Below are positions 37,013 through 49,367 of a stretch of DNA of 64,000 bases, piece by piece. Origin of the DNA: Halocafeteria seosinensis (Eukaryota); NCBI GenBank assembly GCA_001687465.1, contig LVLI01000202.1, positions 1-64,000 on the forward strand, read 5' to 3'. The first letter of the stretch is position 1, and the number at the start of each line of letters is the position of its first letter. The notes under the pieces are model-generated. The model did no database searches. It was not told the origin of the DNA and saw nothing but the letters and a program-made list of their open reading frames with translations. The position numbers and the translations under genes are program-made.

Positions 37013-38231
37013 TTTCTGCAGGGAAACGTGTATGAAAGTGGTCAAATCGTGAAAGTCAATGCTGACACCAAACCCCGCCAGCTACGTCCATTGCTCCCTC
37101 ATGCAGTCCTCCGTCGGGGCTGGGCTCAATTAGCCCACATAAGACGCAGTTCATCAGCTATATGCTCCTATTGCGGTTCTTATAATTGGCCGAAAAAGAC
37201 TGTTCAATGAATAAAGCCTCGACAGACAGGTAGCATTCCAGCAGATGCCAACGCCCCTATACCCTCCCCTATCCAGTTGACCCAGACCCTTTTCGGTATT
37301 TTCGGACACCTGACAGGGGACAGTTCTATGTATACACGGCCACTACTTACATCTTGATGTTGTTACGGTCAACAAATAATGCAGAATACAAATAGAAAGT
37401 TTGTAGACTTCCCCTCTTCGAGGTCTTAATAACGAAGCAGCCACAATGTCCGGTATTGTCCCACTCACGGTGCCGGTGCGCCGGGTTTCCGGACCGAACG
37501 GGTCCGAACTTCGGAAAGCGAGGAGAAGATAGGCTCAAGGTCTGTGCCATTCATTCTCCAACAGGAACAAAAAAGGTTCGGTACAAAGATAGGAAAAACA
37601 AGAGGACGACAATGAGCAATTCTACTTTTACACATATCATTGGAATATCATACGTGGAAGAACTTGATTTCACGATCTTCGGAGCATAGAAAAATGGATT
37701 TTCTCTGCCTGTTCATTGACTGACTGGAGCTGGTTTGACTTTGAAAAATAGCTGGCCTAGCATGCAGAGATCATTGAAAAATGGAAACAGGTGTCAAATC
37801 GATGTCTCATTCAAAACATGTACCATGTGTCACCTTCCAAGAAAACTCTTTCCTTCTCCGCTTGACGGCACACTGTGTCGCACACATCGTTGAGCGTTGT
37901 TTGAGGGGAAGGACGGAAGTTAGGAGCTCTTTCTATCCTCCGTCTACTCCGGCTAGAGCAGCTTCGTTGTCAGACCACCCTGTTGCTGGACCGCAGGCCA
38001 GTGGCCACTAGGAGAACCACTCGCTCGATCGGCGTCCGAAAAAACTCTTTCCCCGCCTACATCCTCGACGAACACACTGTCCATCGTTTGAGCGAGGAGC
38101 TACGAGGTATTATTATCCTTTGGCTGCACTGGTGAGAGCAGGTTCCTTACCGGGCCACACTCCTCTTGCCGAGTAAGCCGGTCTTGAGTGCACGCCGAGA
38201 AACTCCACTCCACACCCGAAGACAAGAGAAC

Positions 38232-38265
38232 CACACACACATATGTGACAGATAGCCCACCGGCC
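38232..38265 (-). mobile_element. 34-bp mini-element B, copy 2, with target-site duplication
   Basis: Exact reverse complement of 3255-3288, flanked by direct repeat AGAGAACCA at 38225-38233 and 38266-38274. Confidence 0.85.
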
Positions 38266-38664
38266 AGAGAACCATGAAACACGTACGCCAGACAGAAATC
38301 CTATATGGTACGAGAATCCCTTCGCATTCCTCGGCAAGCAAATCCTGCATGTTTTGTCTTGCCTTTTATCGCAAACGTAGACAACCGGCCAGCTGCTCCC
38401 AGCTGTGCTTCACAGGCTCACCGAGCCGTACAATGTATAAGCGATGCATGATGCATCGCGATAACACTCTCCAGCTTCACAAGGTCATCTTCACCAAAGT
38501 ATTAGAGGCCCTGATAAACACAGGTGAAGTAATTCACATGGATTGATAATACAATCGAGAAATTGGCAAGCACACTCAGTCCCAACACTCTGCCACTGAG
38601 TTAGGTAAACCGATAATTTTCTTCGACATCAAATCTTAACGAGGGATCGCTCTCAATATTTACA

Positions 38665-39342
38665 ATGGATCCATCCAAACTCGATCATTCCTATATTCAA
38701 TGGCTCATCGACATGCTTGGCACTCTAGATTTATTGCAAGCCACTCTAGCCAGTTTTACCGGGATCGAGTATCCGGTCGTCGATGTGAGCGAGCCACCCA
38801 ATACTCGGAAGAGGTTTGAGCAATGTGAAGGACAGATTGCTGCCAAGAAAAAGACAGGCAAGCAACCAAAACGAGTATTGGACGACGGTCTTTATTTTGT
38901 TGACGCTCACTGGTTCTGTGTTGTTGACGGGGTGGTCCGAGAATCCTTTGGGGAACACTACCAAGCCACTGGGACTGCCCATTTTTGCCAAACCTTTGCT
39001 CTGCTCATTTTTCTTCAGCGGAAGCATAGAGAAATCTTCAACGGTCTAGGGATTCGATTGTATCCCGACGAATTCGAGAAGAACGTCGAGGCCGTCATGG
39101 GCTTTTGGCTTCATGTCTTCGAACATCACTCCGAACTAGCCCTATGGCTGTTGGATCAGGTTGTTTCGGACGTCCATGCCGGCCAAATTGAAAATGTTTA
39201 CATTGAGCTTCCTCAAAATCAGGGGTTTCACCTACAACATATCACCTACCAGAGGTTTCTCCTTTATCTCCAAACAGTGTCCAGGTTTTCTTCCGTGTTC
39301 GCTTTCCCTCTGCGAGCGCGAGTTTTTTTCCGCGCTATGTAG
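38665..39342 (+). CDS. Orphan intronless protein with an adenain/Ulp1-like (clan CE) cysteine protease signature
   Basis: 225-aa ATG-started ORF. AHWFCVVDGVVRESFGEHYQATGTAHFCQTFALLIFL gives the order HW...(E)SFG...Q...C. The ORF is supported; the function is inference. Confidence 0.55.
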   Translation: MDPSKLDHSYIQWLIDMLGTLDLLQATLASFTGIEYPVVDVSEPPNTRKRFEQCEGQIAAKKKTGKQPKRVLDDGLYFVDAHWFCVVDGVVRESFGEHYQATGTAHFCQTFALLIFLQRKHREIFNGLGIRLYPDEFEKNVEAVMGFWLHVFEHHSELALWLLDQVVSDVHAGQIENVYIELPQNQGFHLQHITYQRFLLYLQTVSRFSSVFAFPLRARVFFRAM

Positions 39343-39988
39343 ATAGATCAGGCACAGATAGCATCGAAGAATAAGAAGTTTAGTTTTCGTCTCGTAAACC
39401 GCGCGAGGTAGCTGCCAGTCTTCAAGACAAACACTCGCCATCTCCGTCCGAGAAAACTCTTCGCTCTGGAGAGCAGGGAATGGCCTGTCTCTGCAACCCG
39501 AGTTTGAGTATACACAATCACACGATTTGACTCTCATCAACGCAGGCACATGATGGTAAAAGAGCTCGAATGCCTCCCAATAATGTTGAACACTACAGTA
39601 TAGTGTGTGTGCACCCAGGGGACCCGGTCTATGCGTACAAACAGAACGCAGCTAACGCAGAATTCGTTTTACAACGAGAGTTTTACCCCTATTTAAGTTT
39701 GCATATAAGTATATTCAATCAACGCCTTCCAAAAATCATTAAAAAAAAAAAATACACATCGCGTCAATCCCTGATTGAACACAAGTCTAGTAGAAAGGCA
39801 GTCTACTTCAAGTTCCGGCGTTGTAGTTACAGTACGCCACCGCGTCGCCACGAGATGTGTCGACAACATTGTAAGCACATTTGTGAACCCATATTATTCT
39901 GTTCATTAATGGATCATCCTATTGCTTTTCCTAGCGGAGGTATTTTACTAAATAAAATAAGTTACGCCTCTTTGCTCCCTCTTCGGCT

Positions 39989-42791
39989 TCATCCGCCAAC
40001 ATGAGATACCTGCACTGTTACCTTCTCAATATTGCACTCATTCTGTATTATATCTTTTACTGTTTTTGTCATCGTCTCGATCGATGTCCCCTTCCCCACT
40101 AGAACATTAACTGTAGCAACAGGGGTGGTCGAGTCATACTGCCAGCAGTGTGCGTCTTCTATACGATGCACTTCTGGAAGCTTTCCAATGGACATCAATG
40201 CTTTTCGAAAACGAGGAAGTAAACTCGTTGGTGTTCGCAACAATAAGGCGGTAGCAGTGGCTTGCAAAAACGGAAGGACGCTTAGCAAGATTAAAACCGC
40301 AATCAAAAGTGATGCAACTGCATCCGCCCAATACCACTCGTAAAGTTCTATCAGCAGTGACGACACTATAACACCGGCGCTTCCTAAAGTATCCGCAAGG
40401 ACATGCAAGAACACTCCGTGCATGTTCTCGTTGTGGGCTGATTCTCCCTCGTATGCAACACTTGTATGAGCATGTTGCTTATCTGTACCGGCAACGTCTT
40501 CATGATCGTCAGTCCCGTTGGTATGAGTATGCCCATGTCCGTGCTCATGTGAGTGTCCGTGGCCACCGTGTGAGTGTCCATGATCGTGGCTATGCCCATG
40601 TGAATGTTCATGAAAAAATGCAAGGCCTACCAAGTTAACCAGCAACCCAAGGAAGGAAACTAGAAGAAGGTGATCACTGCGTATTTCCGGTGGCTCACGA
40701 AGGCGTTCAAGGCCTTCGATGACGACTGATACAGCGATGAACACCAGGAATACCCCGTTCGCGAATCCAGCTAACGTTTCGTACCTCGAGTAGCCATACG
40801 TATAAACCTCATCAGACTTCCACTTTGACATATAAGCAGCATAAAGCCCAATGAAGAGCGAGGCATTATCGAAAAACATGTGGCCGGCGTCTGATACGAG
40901 GCCTAAAGAGTTCGTTAATAATCCCACAAAAATTTCAACAAACATGAAAGCCAAATTAATAGAAAGAAAATAGAGAATTTTCCGCGAATTTGAGTCACTC
41001 ATGACATGCTTCAGTAGTCGCCGTAGCCTCACAGTGAAGTTTCCTCCTTCTAGTGCATTGGAAGTGCCCTCCCACTCAGCAGCGACCTGTCCAGAAGGAG
41101 TTCGTAGAGCTGCCATGTGGCGCTGAAGTATCCAATAACTGCCTACTGATGTGGCACCGCCCACAATTTTAATCATTGTGATCCTCTCGAACAAAAGACT
41201 GGAAATCAAAGCTGCAGAGGCAGCAGGGATGTAAAACCATATCCTCAAGTCAGTTGAGCCAATCCTCCTGCCTATATTCGTGAATACTTTGTCCTTCAAG
41301 CATATGTAGAAGAAAGCCAAGATTAGAGCTGATGAAACGGAGCTATATGTCAACAGGGAGCTAAGGGCACTTGGAGTCTGCGGGAGCAATTGAATAGTTG
41401 TGTCAGATTCGCTCAAAATATGTTATGCCAAACAAACACCCCATACCTTCATGCAGTATCCGGTAGAGGTGAGCAAAAGCAGCACGCAAGCTTGAAAGGT
41501 AGAAATCCGAGAGCCGATGGCTACAGTTCCTCGGGCCGATTTGGTTTGATCTTCGCCTCTGTTCCCCGGGACAGTCCGTAAACGAGTTTCGCCATATCCA
41601 AGCAACACGATCGAAGCACACTTAAAAAACTGCATAGCTAAGTTTACTTTTAAGAACGTCTCCGTTTAAAGCAGATCCCCATCTTGCAAAACCAAGCACT
41701 CACATTTGCTACCACAGTAGACGATTCCATTAAAGAGAGTATTCTTATGCAAGCGGAGAATATCACCGCACTCCTGCTAGAGACCGGCTGAACTGATTCA
41801 TACTTGCCTTCAGTGGTGGCTATCTGGAAAGGGACCGGAGTGCCGTCCGAGTCATATACCAGTGGAACTAGAACCGCAGCTACCAAGAGCGCAGTTCTTA
41901 TCTGTAGCTCTTATCAAGTAGATGCACGAATTTTCTCGAATGGACACACACGCGACTTGTCTAGAGCTTACCTGAAAAACAATTACACCTCTAGATTCTA
42001 TTAGCTTTGCAAAGAGTCCGTCGAGTCCCACAAGTAACATGAAGGGGAAAATGCCCATAGTATGAGGAAGGTAAATCAGAAAGACTGTCGCTACGGCGTG
42101 ACAAATTGACAACGGGATTTGATCGTATTGCTGTCCAAAGCAGAGAATCCAGTAGTGAATACAAACAGAATTGCTGCAAAAACAAAGGAGAACTGAAATA
42201 TGTGTTGCATGCACCCTACCTTGATACCCTGCCAAAGAGTTAACCTAGCTTCCTGTACGTATCTCCTGTTGATTCCCGAGTACGAGTCGTCTTTCGATTT
42301 CCGGCGCAATGATAATAAAACTGCAACAGAACCCATGAGTCGTTGCCGAATGAACCCATCATTTTTCGCTTGCATATGGTCCCTTCAGCACACGTACCAT
42401 GACTAATCAGCAGTTGGAAAACAGAGGTCAGCGCTGCCAGGACGATGCTGACCATGATAGGGTTAAATTGGGGCTCTTTCTGCTCCGTAACCTCTTCTTC
42501 TTCATTGGAGCCGTGTGTGGTTTGATCATGTGAGCCTAGAGAGGTGCTAATAAGGGTCTGATTCATGACATATAGACTTGTGGACGCTGCCATGCCTGCC
42601 ATCACCAGGGCAATTCTATCCCCAGACTGGTTCAAACTGCCTTTCCCTCCAGCATTTGAGCTTCCAGAGATCATCATCGGTAGGACGGACTCCTCCCCAT
42701 CGCTTCGCTTAGTAGAGGATGTACTGGCGCCTCCATTGCCTGTAAATGAGCTGAAGATGGAGGCCAGAGGCTGCTTCCGGTTAGATGTCAT
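39989..42791 (-). CDS. Cation diffusion facilitator zinc transporter, ZnT5/ZnT7/Msc2-like with an N-terminal membrane extension, multi-exon
   Basis: NSLGLVSDAGHMFFD, YTYGYSRYETLAGFANG, a His-rich loop and NMHGVFLHVLADTLGSAGVI. Upstream hydrophobic exons on the same strand are assumed to belong to the same gene. Confidence 0.88.
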
Positions 42792-42913
42792 TGCCTTTCC
42801 TGTATTGATTATGCGCAATCTACTCCACCTCCACAGCCTCCACTGCAACTAGTATATGCATACATATATAATGTAGTATCAATGCGAACCTATTGTATGA
42901 CAGTAAAAGCGCC

Positions 42914-43552
42914 ATGGAGACAACTGACAGTATATGGGCTCTTTCGGGAGGTCCTCCCATTTTCAACCCCTACGAGAAGCATAACAGGAGCTCCACGAGC
43001 TCTCAGACTATCTCCTACAGGGAGAGCAACAGTACTGCCACGCACAAGAGGGGCTTAGACGAGGATGGAAATGACCAGGGGAGAAGAAAGGGGACTAAAC
43101 GACAAAGAACCACGGTATCCAAGGAACAACAGGAAGGTGCAGTCTCCTCCTCCTCGGAGACAGAGCCACAGCCACAGCCACCTCGTGCTGCTCTGTATGA
43201 CATGTATGGTGCCGATAAATTGGAATCTCGCTGGAAGGAAGAATATGATAAGATAGTCCACGAAGAACAAGGGACGCAATCCTCCGGCTCGAGCAGCCCG
43301 GCAACTACTCGACCCTCCTCTTCATCATCATCTTCGTCTCAACAAAACAGACCTCCCGCGGCGGCAGCGCCAGACTCGAATGATGCACCAGTGGCTAGGA
43401 GAACAAGATCGAAACGGAGACAGTCCGTAAATAACCTCCTCGAAGAAATACAGTCAGAGAAATCCACAACGGAGCACTCTTTAAAACATCTTTCAGAAAG
43501 GGTAAAGGAAGGAAAACGACAAAAAGTCCAACAAGAGAGTGACAACCAGTGA
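42914..43552 (+). CDS. Hypothetical low-complexity protein
   Basis: ORF of about 212 codons from ATG 42914, divergent from the zinc transporter, S/Q/E/R-rich. Confidence 0.6.
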   Translation: METTDSIWALSGGPPIFNPYEKHNRSSTSSQTISYRESNSTATHKRGLDEDGNDQGRRKGTKRQRTTVSKEQQEGAVSSSSETEPQPQPPRAALYDMYGADKLESRWKEEYDKIVHEEQGTQSSGSSSPATTRPSSSSSSSSQQNRPPAAAAPDSNDAPVARRTRSKRRQSVNNLLEEIQSEKSTTEHSLKHLSERVKEGKRQKVQQESDNQ

Positions 43553-44323
43553 CATCCAGTGACATATTGGGCCATGAGAACGTCTCGTCAAAGCACATAC
43601 ACCGCGGTTAATCACCGTCTAGAGAGTGTATTTGTATTTAGATATAGCACCCTTGCTATATGGAATTATGGATAAGCGACTGCAGGGGCTTTTCCAAAGA
43701 ACAGTTGGATTTTAGCTCTGTTTGTGTACTGGACCGTCTACGCGGTGCGTTAGGATACTTGCGATACGCGACGCGCGTTTGATAATTGTGCGCATGAGAT
43801 AGTAAGTGGAGCACCTTGGTGTGGATTGCGTCACTAATCATCGCGTCTAATGACACTCTTAAGAGTCTACTGGACCACCAGTTCTTACTTGGTATGTTCC
43901 CGATTTCACTTTATTGCGGCACTGCTATGCGTGGAAGCATGGATGCAAATTCCGCTTCCGTATCTTAGTCCCAAATGTGTTCCAACAGGGTCTAGTCTGC
44001 ACCAGCTCACTAGATCAAGAAACACTACCGCTTGACGTAGTTTTGCTTTGTGATCTCTATTGGAATCGGATAGTTTGTTTGCTCCCCAGAGATAAATATG
44101 GGACATGCTCTGGGCATATCTCAGGATGTACCGCCGCCACTGTCTTGTTGACACGGTGTCAACTGCACCTTCACATCCCTCCCACGGACGCAAATCGCTG
44201 CATTTCCGTTGTTTTGTCAAGCACATACATTCAATACTTTTAAGTTTATTTTATGCGCGTAGAACTTACCATTCCGTATGGAGCACAGGGGCCGCACAGC
44301 GTGGTGTTTAAGGGATACTGGTG

Positions 44324-45826
44324 ATGGAACAGGATGGAATTCTGACGATTAACACGATGAATGCCAAAGATGAAGACGAGCAGCTAATTTCCGGTCGTTC
44401 AGTCTCAAGTTCAGATTCGAGGCCACACGGAGGGACGTCAGATGGTCTCAGGTACGTCACTTTGACTGTATGTGCTATTGCGCAGTTGGTATTCGGAAGC
44501 TTGTACGCCTTTAGTAGTTTAGCCGATGGGTTTGAACATCCATCCATCGGCATCGGGAAGACAATTCCCGTTTCCATTATTGGCGTGGCCGGGAACACTG
44601 GTACATTTGTGCTTGGGGCTATTCCCGGCGCTCTCGTAGACAGATATGGATCCAGCAAAACTATGCTGTATGGAACCGTGGTCGTCGCGATTGGATGGAT
44701 GTCCCTATGGGGCGTCGTGGAACTGGCGGAAGCTAACCAGCAGGGACAAGTGTCGGCGTCGAGTGGGCTCATTGATTCATTGGCCGTTGTCGCTTTGCTC
44801 ATAATTGGACAAGGAAGCGTTGGGGGATTCCTCTCAGCATGGATTGCCATGGGGAGCCTGTTCAGCAAAGAGAGACGCGGTGTGGTAGCAGGTACATTGC
44901 TAGCTGGGTACAGCTTAAGTGCTGCTGTTTGTGCCGTTCTCTATCAAAGCATTTTAAATGCTAACGTTGGAGCATACTGCATTGTCTTAGCTGCTTTTGG
45001 AGCGGGATTGGGGGCGGCGTCGACCGGGTTGCTTCGAATGTCTATGCGACGATATCACTTGATAGATAACACGACCACCTCTCCCAAAGCAAATATTAGT
45101 GAGAGTGCCAACGAAGGAAATAATGCAACACCCGAGGGGAAAGAGAAGAAGTATTGGTTCTTAAAGGAATGGAAATTTTGGATGCTCTACACAGTGGTAT
45201 TCATGAATCTCGGAGCTGCACTGATGTATGTGAATTCAGCGTCCCAGATGAGTGAAACGCTTACTCGCGATTCGAGTAGTAACTCTGGTGTTGCGACGGA
45301 ACGGTTAGTCCTAACATTCGCGCTTATGAACGGATTTTCCCGCATCGTTGCTGGGTATACGTCAGACAGTATGATTTCCAGAGGATACTCCCGTTTGTTA
45401 ATGTTCGTAATATCCCTTTCCTTTCTCACTCTGGGAGCGATCTTTGCCCTCTTTGCTAAAGCATCCACACTGATAGTGGTATCAGTACTAGTTGGAATTG
45501 CTGAAGGAAGTTGTTTCGCTACTTGGCCGGTGGCCACGAGAAAATGGTTCGGAGACGGAGAGTCTGTACGCAGCTCAGGACTCTCATTCGCCATTATGAA
45601 CACAAGCATTGGGTTCGGTTCTTTAGCGTTTAATGGGATCTTCGCTTTGGACTATCGAATTGCTGAGGATCACACAGGTAGCAGCGAATGTGGAGGGGCA
45701 CACTGCTATCGAGCAGCCTTTATCGTGGCGGCGGTTGTGAACGGTGCTTCACTGGGACTTGTCTATTGGCTTATACGGATTGAGAAAGGGGAGAAAGGGT
45801 ACACATCCATTGGAGAAAATGATTAG
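44324..45826 (+). CDS. MFS transporter, nodulin-like/Mch1 family
   Basis: About 12 hydrophobic segments, GSLYAFS, GALVDRYG, SRIVAGYTSD and C-terminal CGGAHCY. Confidence 0.88.
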   Translation: MEQDGILTINTMNAKDEDEQLISGRSVSSSDSRPHGGTSDGLRYVTLTVCAIAQLVFGSLYAFSSLADGFEHPSIGIGKTIPVSIIGVAGNTGTFVLGAIPGALVDRYGSSKTMLYGTVVVAIGWMSLWGVVELAEANQQGQVSASSGLIDSLAVVALLIIGQGSVGGFLSAWIAMGSLFSKERRGVVAGTLLAGYSLSAAVCAVLYQSILNANVGAYCIVLAAFGAGLGAASTGLLRMSMRRYHLIDNTTTSPKANISESANEGNNATPEGKEKKYWFLKEWKFWMLYTVVFMNLGAALMYVNSASQMSETLTRDSSSNSGVATERLVLTFALMNGFSRIVAGYTSDSMISRGYSRLLMFVISLSFLTLGAIFALFAKASTLIVVSVLVGIAEGSCFATWPVATRKWFGDGESVRSSGLSFAIMNTSIGFGSLAFNGIFALDYRIAEDHTGSSECGGAHCYRAAFIVAAVVNGASLGLVYWLIRIEKGEKGYTSIGEND

Positions 45827-45938
45827 ACGATATGTTGTACTAATAATACAGGGCGTTGTCTTCAAATTAGCATTCATAACAAAGCTCGGTGATTCTACCC
45901 CGTTATTTTGCGTGGGTTGGTTTTGCTGTGGCTGGCTA

Positions 45939-47195
45939 TCAAATTCCAGTATTTGCTTCGTTAGCTCCGACGTACTGTTCGTGGAACAAGCTTTTAGATA
46001 CTGATGTGTACCATTGGGCTTCAGACTCAACACCTTCCTGGCAATTAGGTGCGTCTATGCTTGCAGTTCGCAGCGTATTCGTTGCCTCAGCCAGCGCCTG
46101 CGGTGTATCTTCAACATGAGTTGGTTCGGCTTTCGGGGAGCACGAGTACTCAGGTGGATTTTCGGATTCGGTACTACACGGCGACGATCTTGAGATAATA
46201 GGATGCAAAGTTTCCTGAGAACATCTCAAAGCCTACTTTGATGAGCCCAATATTCCACAACGTTAGAAGACAAGCAACACCGTACCTTGTATTGAGGAAG
46301 ATGCTCGATCATCATTTTGCAGCATTGTTCAACTACTTCATAGATCGATACTTCGTTGTTTTCAATTTCCTGCCAACAAAACAGTTGTGAACACGTAAAA
46401 AAATAAAATTAATTGCTCTTGGGGAATAATCACGTACAACATCCCAAGAGAAATTTTCATAGAAACTGCGCGCTGTTTCCATCCATTGCCTATCGTTCTG
46501 CCTAGTCAACATAGTGTAAGTTAAAGAGCGGCAGTTTTTACTTTAGAGAGCTTCACATACCTCGTTGTAGCGATAACGATGTGGTTCACGTTGCAGTCGT
46601 TCTTGAATGCGGCTCCACAGAAGCTCGGGTTCTACCTGGAATATTCCATGGTATTCACTACTTGCTGAGTGGAAAGCCAACGAAATCCGAAAGCTTAAGC
46701 ATCTTACCTTGACGTGTAAGGTGCGGATAAAAATGCCCGCATCGCGTTCGGCTTCTCTCATATGCTCTTTCACCACTGGTTTGAGTAAGTGGCCGTTTCT
46801 TCCATAAAACACCGCTGAGAACGGTGATCGATCGGCAATGAATACAGAATTGGCAAAATAGTCGTGGGGATTTTCGATACCACTTTGCTTGAGTTGGCTT
46901 TTCTTGCGAAGGTCGTTAGCTTTCTTTAGTAGCCTTTCGAACCAGCTGCAAACCCATGTAGTTTCCATAAGTAGTGATTGCGGATGTAAAGCATAGTCCG
47001 GCATATCCAAGAACCCCTGCGCACGCAAAGCGTTGCCCACAAAACTCCTAACTTTAATTCCGCATTATTTGTAAAACATTGAAAAGTCGTATGTATATGT
47101 ACCTCATCAAGGACGGTCATCCCGAGCTTTTGGAAAGCCTCGCAGAGGGCAGTCTTGCCGGATCCGTGGCATCCTTCAATGCAAATTACCAGCAT
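45939..47195 (-). CDS. P-loop nucleoside/nucleotide kinase-like protein (dNK/TMPK-like), multi-exon
   Basis: N-terminal ICIEGCHGSGKT Walker A, FIADRSPFSAVFY (DRS motif) and lid-like RIQERL. The 3' end is approximate. Confidence 0.75.
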
Positions 47196-47850
47196 ATTTC
47201 GTTGTTTACGCGACCCACAAGAGAATTAACTGATAAGATTCTTTTGCGCAACGGATTGTGTGTGTCAGTAGGTAGCTTCTACTGATCAATGCAGCTTAAA
47301 TAGAGCCGTAATACAGTGTGTACAATTCAAAAATTGCAGGCGTTAACGGCCGCGTTTTGCTGCGCTTTATTTCTTTATTAGTTGAATGCACAAAGATTCC
47401 CACCTCACATATGAATTGGTGATTAAAACAGCAAGCAATGATACCAACGAATACCAAAAAATATACCACGGATGCGTCTATAGCGGCCGTAAATCCCTCC
47501 CGGGCGCCCATTTGAATCCGGGATCCGCATGTTGAAGTTCGGGTGACCGCAAAAAATCCGGTCCGAAACAACTCCGGTTGAAGGTGGTTGGCCAACGGCT
47601 GAACCTTGCGCGGCGCCACGGTGGCAGCGACGGCTGCGGATAATCCGCGAATTACGCCTTTTTCATGCCACCCACTAGGCCAAGAAAAATCTACTAGTTT
47701 GTTGCACCGGTACGACTAGATTGCGAATAAAGCATCGCTGCAAAGCATAGAGCACCAGTCATCGGAGGTGTAGTTGTCGTTGTTCGTGTTCGTCAACTAA
47801 CGAGCAACATTCTTAGCTCCTTTTCCGAACGCCCAAAACACACTTTTATA

Positions 47851-49192
47851 ATGACTGTCAAATACCAGAAGAAAGGCATTTCCAGTATCGACTCCCAGAT
47901 GGAGGATGTAGATGCTGTGAAAGCACCTCCGAGCGAGGAAATGATCCAGAAACAGGGAGTCAAACGAGGTGTCGGTTCAGCCTCGGCGGATACAGGTGAA
48001 GCTACGGCTAGCTCAGCAGAGGTAGCCGATTTTGAGTGGTCTTACACAGAGGAACCTCACGCCACCAGGAGAAAAGAGATCCTCCAACATCATCCGGAAG
48101 TAAGTGGTGCCTCAAATTTGTCCATCTGCGCTCCTAATGAGGGCGCTCATGGTACCTAAAGGGAGGGATATGTTGGGAAGGTATGGCCATGGCTCATCTC
48201 TCCCCTGGAAGAGCGCCGTGTCCTCTTGCCCGCGTTGAGAGACTCAGGTTCCCCCACTTCCACTTCACTTACTACTTGCTTCGCTGTGTTCCCCTGATAC
48301 TTTGCAGGTGAAAAAACTCTTCGGGATCGATCCTAACATCAAGTGGAAAGTGTTTTTTGCCGTCTCTGTGCAAATTCTCCTCGCTTCGGTCATCCATGAA
48401 GCGCCGTGGTGGGCACTTACCGTGGTCGCCTACACCATTGGAGGAACTATCAACCACAGTATGACCTTGGGAATGCACGAAATATCCCACAACTTGGCAT
48501 TCCGTAAGATCTTGTATAACAGGATTCTGGGAATCATCGCAAACCTGCCCTTTGGCATACCCGCGTTCGTAAGCTTCAAACGGTATCACATGGAGCACCA
48601 CAAATACCAAGGCGAAGATGGAGTGGATACTGACGTACCAACGACAATGGAAGGTCATTTCTTTGTGACGCCCTTACGCAAACTCGTGTGGTGCTTCTTG
48701 CAACCGCTCTTCTACGCACTGCGCCCAATGACGATCGTCCCCAAGAAACCGGGCAAAATGGAAGGGATCAACTTCTTGTGCCAATTCCTCTTCAACGCGG
48801 CCATTGTCTACTTTTTCGGAGTGAAGTCTTTGGTTTACCTAATTATCAGTACTCTTCTCGGGATGGGATTCCATCCAATGGCAGGTCACTTCATTGCTGA
48901 ACATTACACGTTCATTAAAAGCCAAGAAACCTACAGCTACTATGGCCCGTTGAACTGGTTTAGTTTCAACGTTGGCTACCACAACGAGCACCATGACTTC
49001 CCTAACATTCCTGGTTCACGACTTCCAGAATTACGGAAGATTGCACCTGAATACTATGATGTTCTTCCTTATCACTCCGGCTGGATGAAAGTTATTTTGG
49101 ACTACATTCGCCTACCACCAATAACCCCCTTTAGCCGAGTTATCCGAGCCACTCTGAGTGATGAAGAACGAAAAACTATAAGAGCGCAATAA
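47851..49192 (+). CDS. DEGS1: Sphingolipid delta-4 desaturase, 2 exons
   Basis: DFEWSYTEEPHATRRKEIL and His boxes HEISH, HMEHH and HNEHH. Intron at about 48100-48308. Confidence 0.96.
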
Positions 49193-49367
49193 GAAGGAAT
49201 TCTAAATTGGTTTAGATGTGTTAGCGTTAGATTTTATCTTGCATGTGGCTGATCTGCTCCCTCAGAGCAGACATTAGCAAAATAGACTCTGACCCAGTGG
49301 TTATTAACCTAACACCACTGGTTTTTCTTGTGTTGACGTAATGGGTCCTTCCCCATCCATTGCTGGA

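Noticed and set aside
40520..40620. Repetitive His/Gly-coding stretch as a novel repeat
   Set aside because: It is the normal His-rich cytosolic loop of CDF zinc transporters.
47490..47660. GC-rich CCGG/TCCG-rich stretch as an ncRNA
   Set aside because: No recognisable RNA family motifs; its position between divergent genes fits a promoter, but no specific site can be supported.
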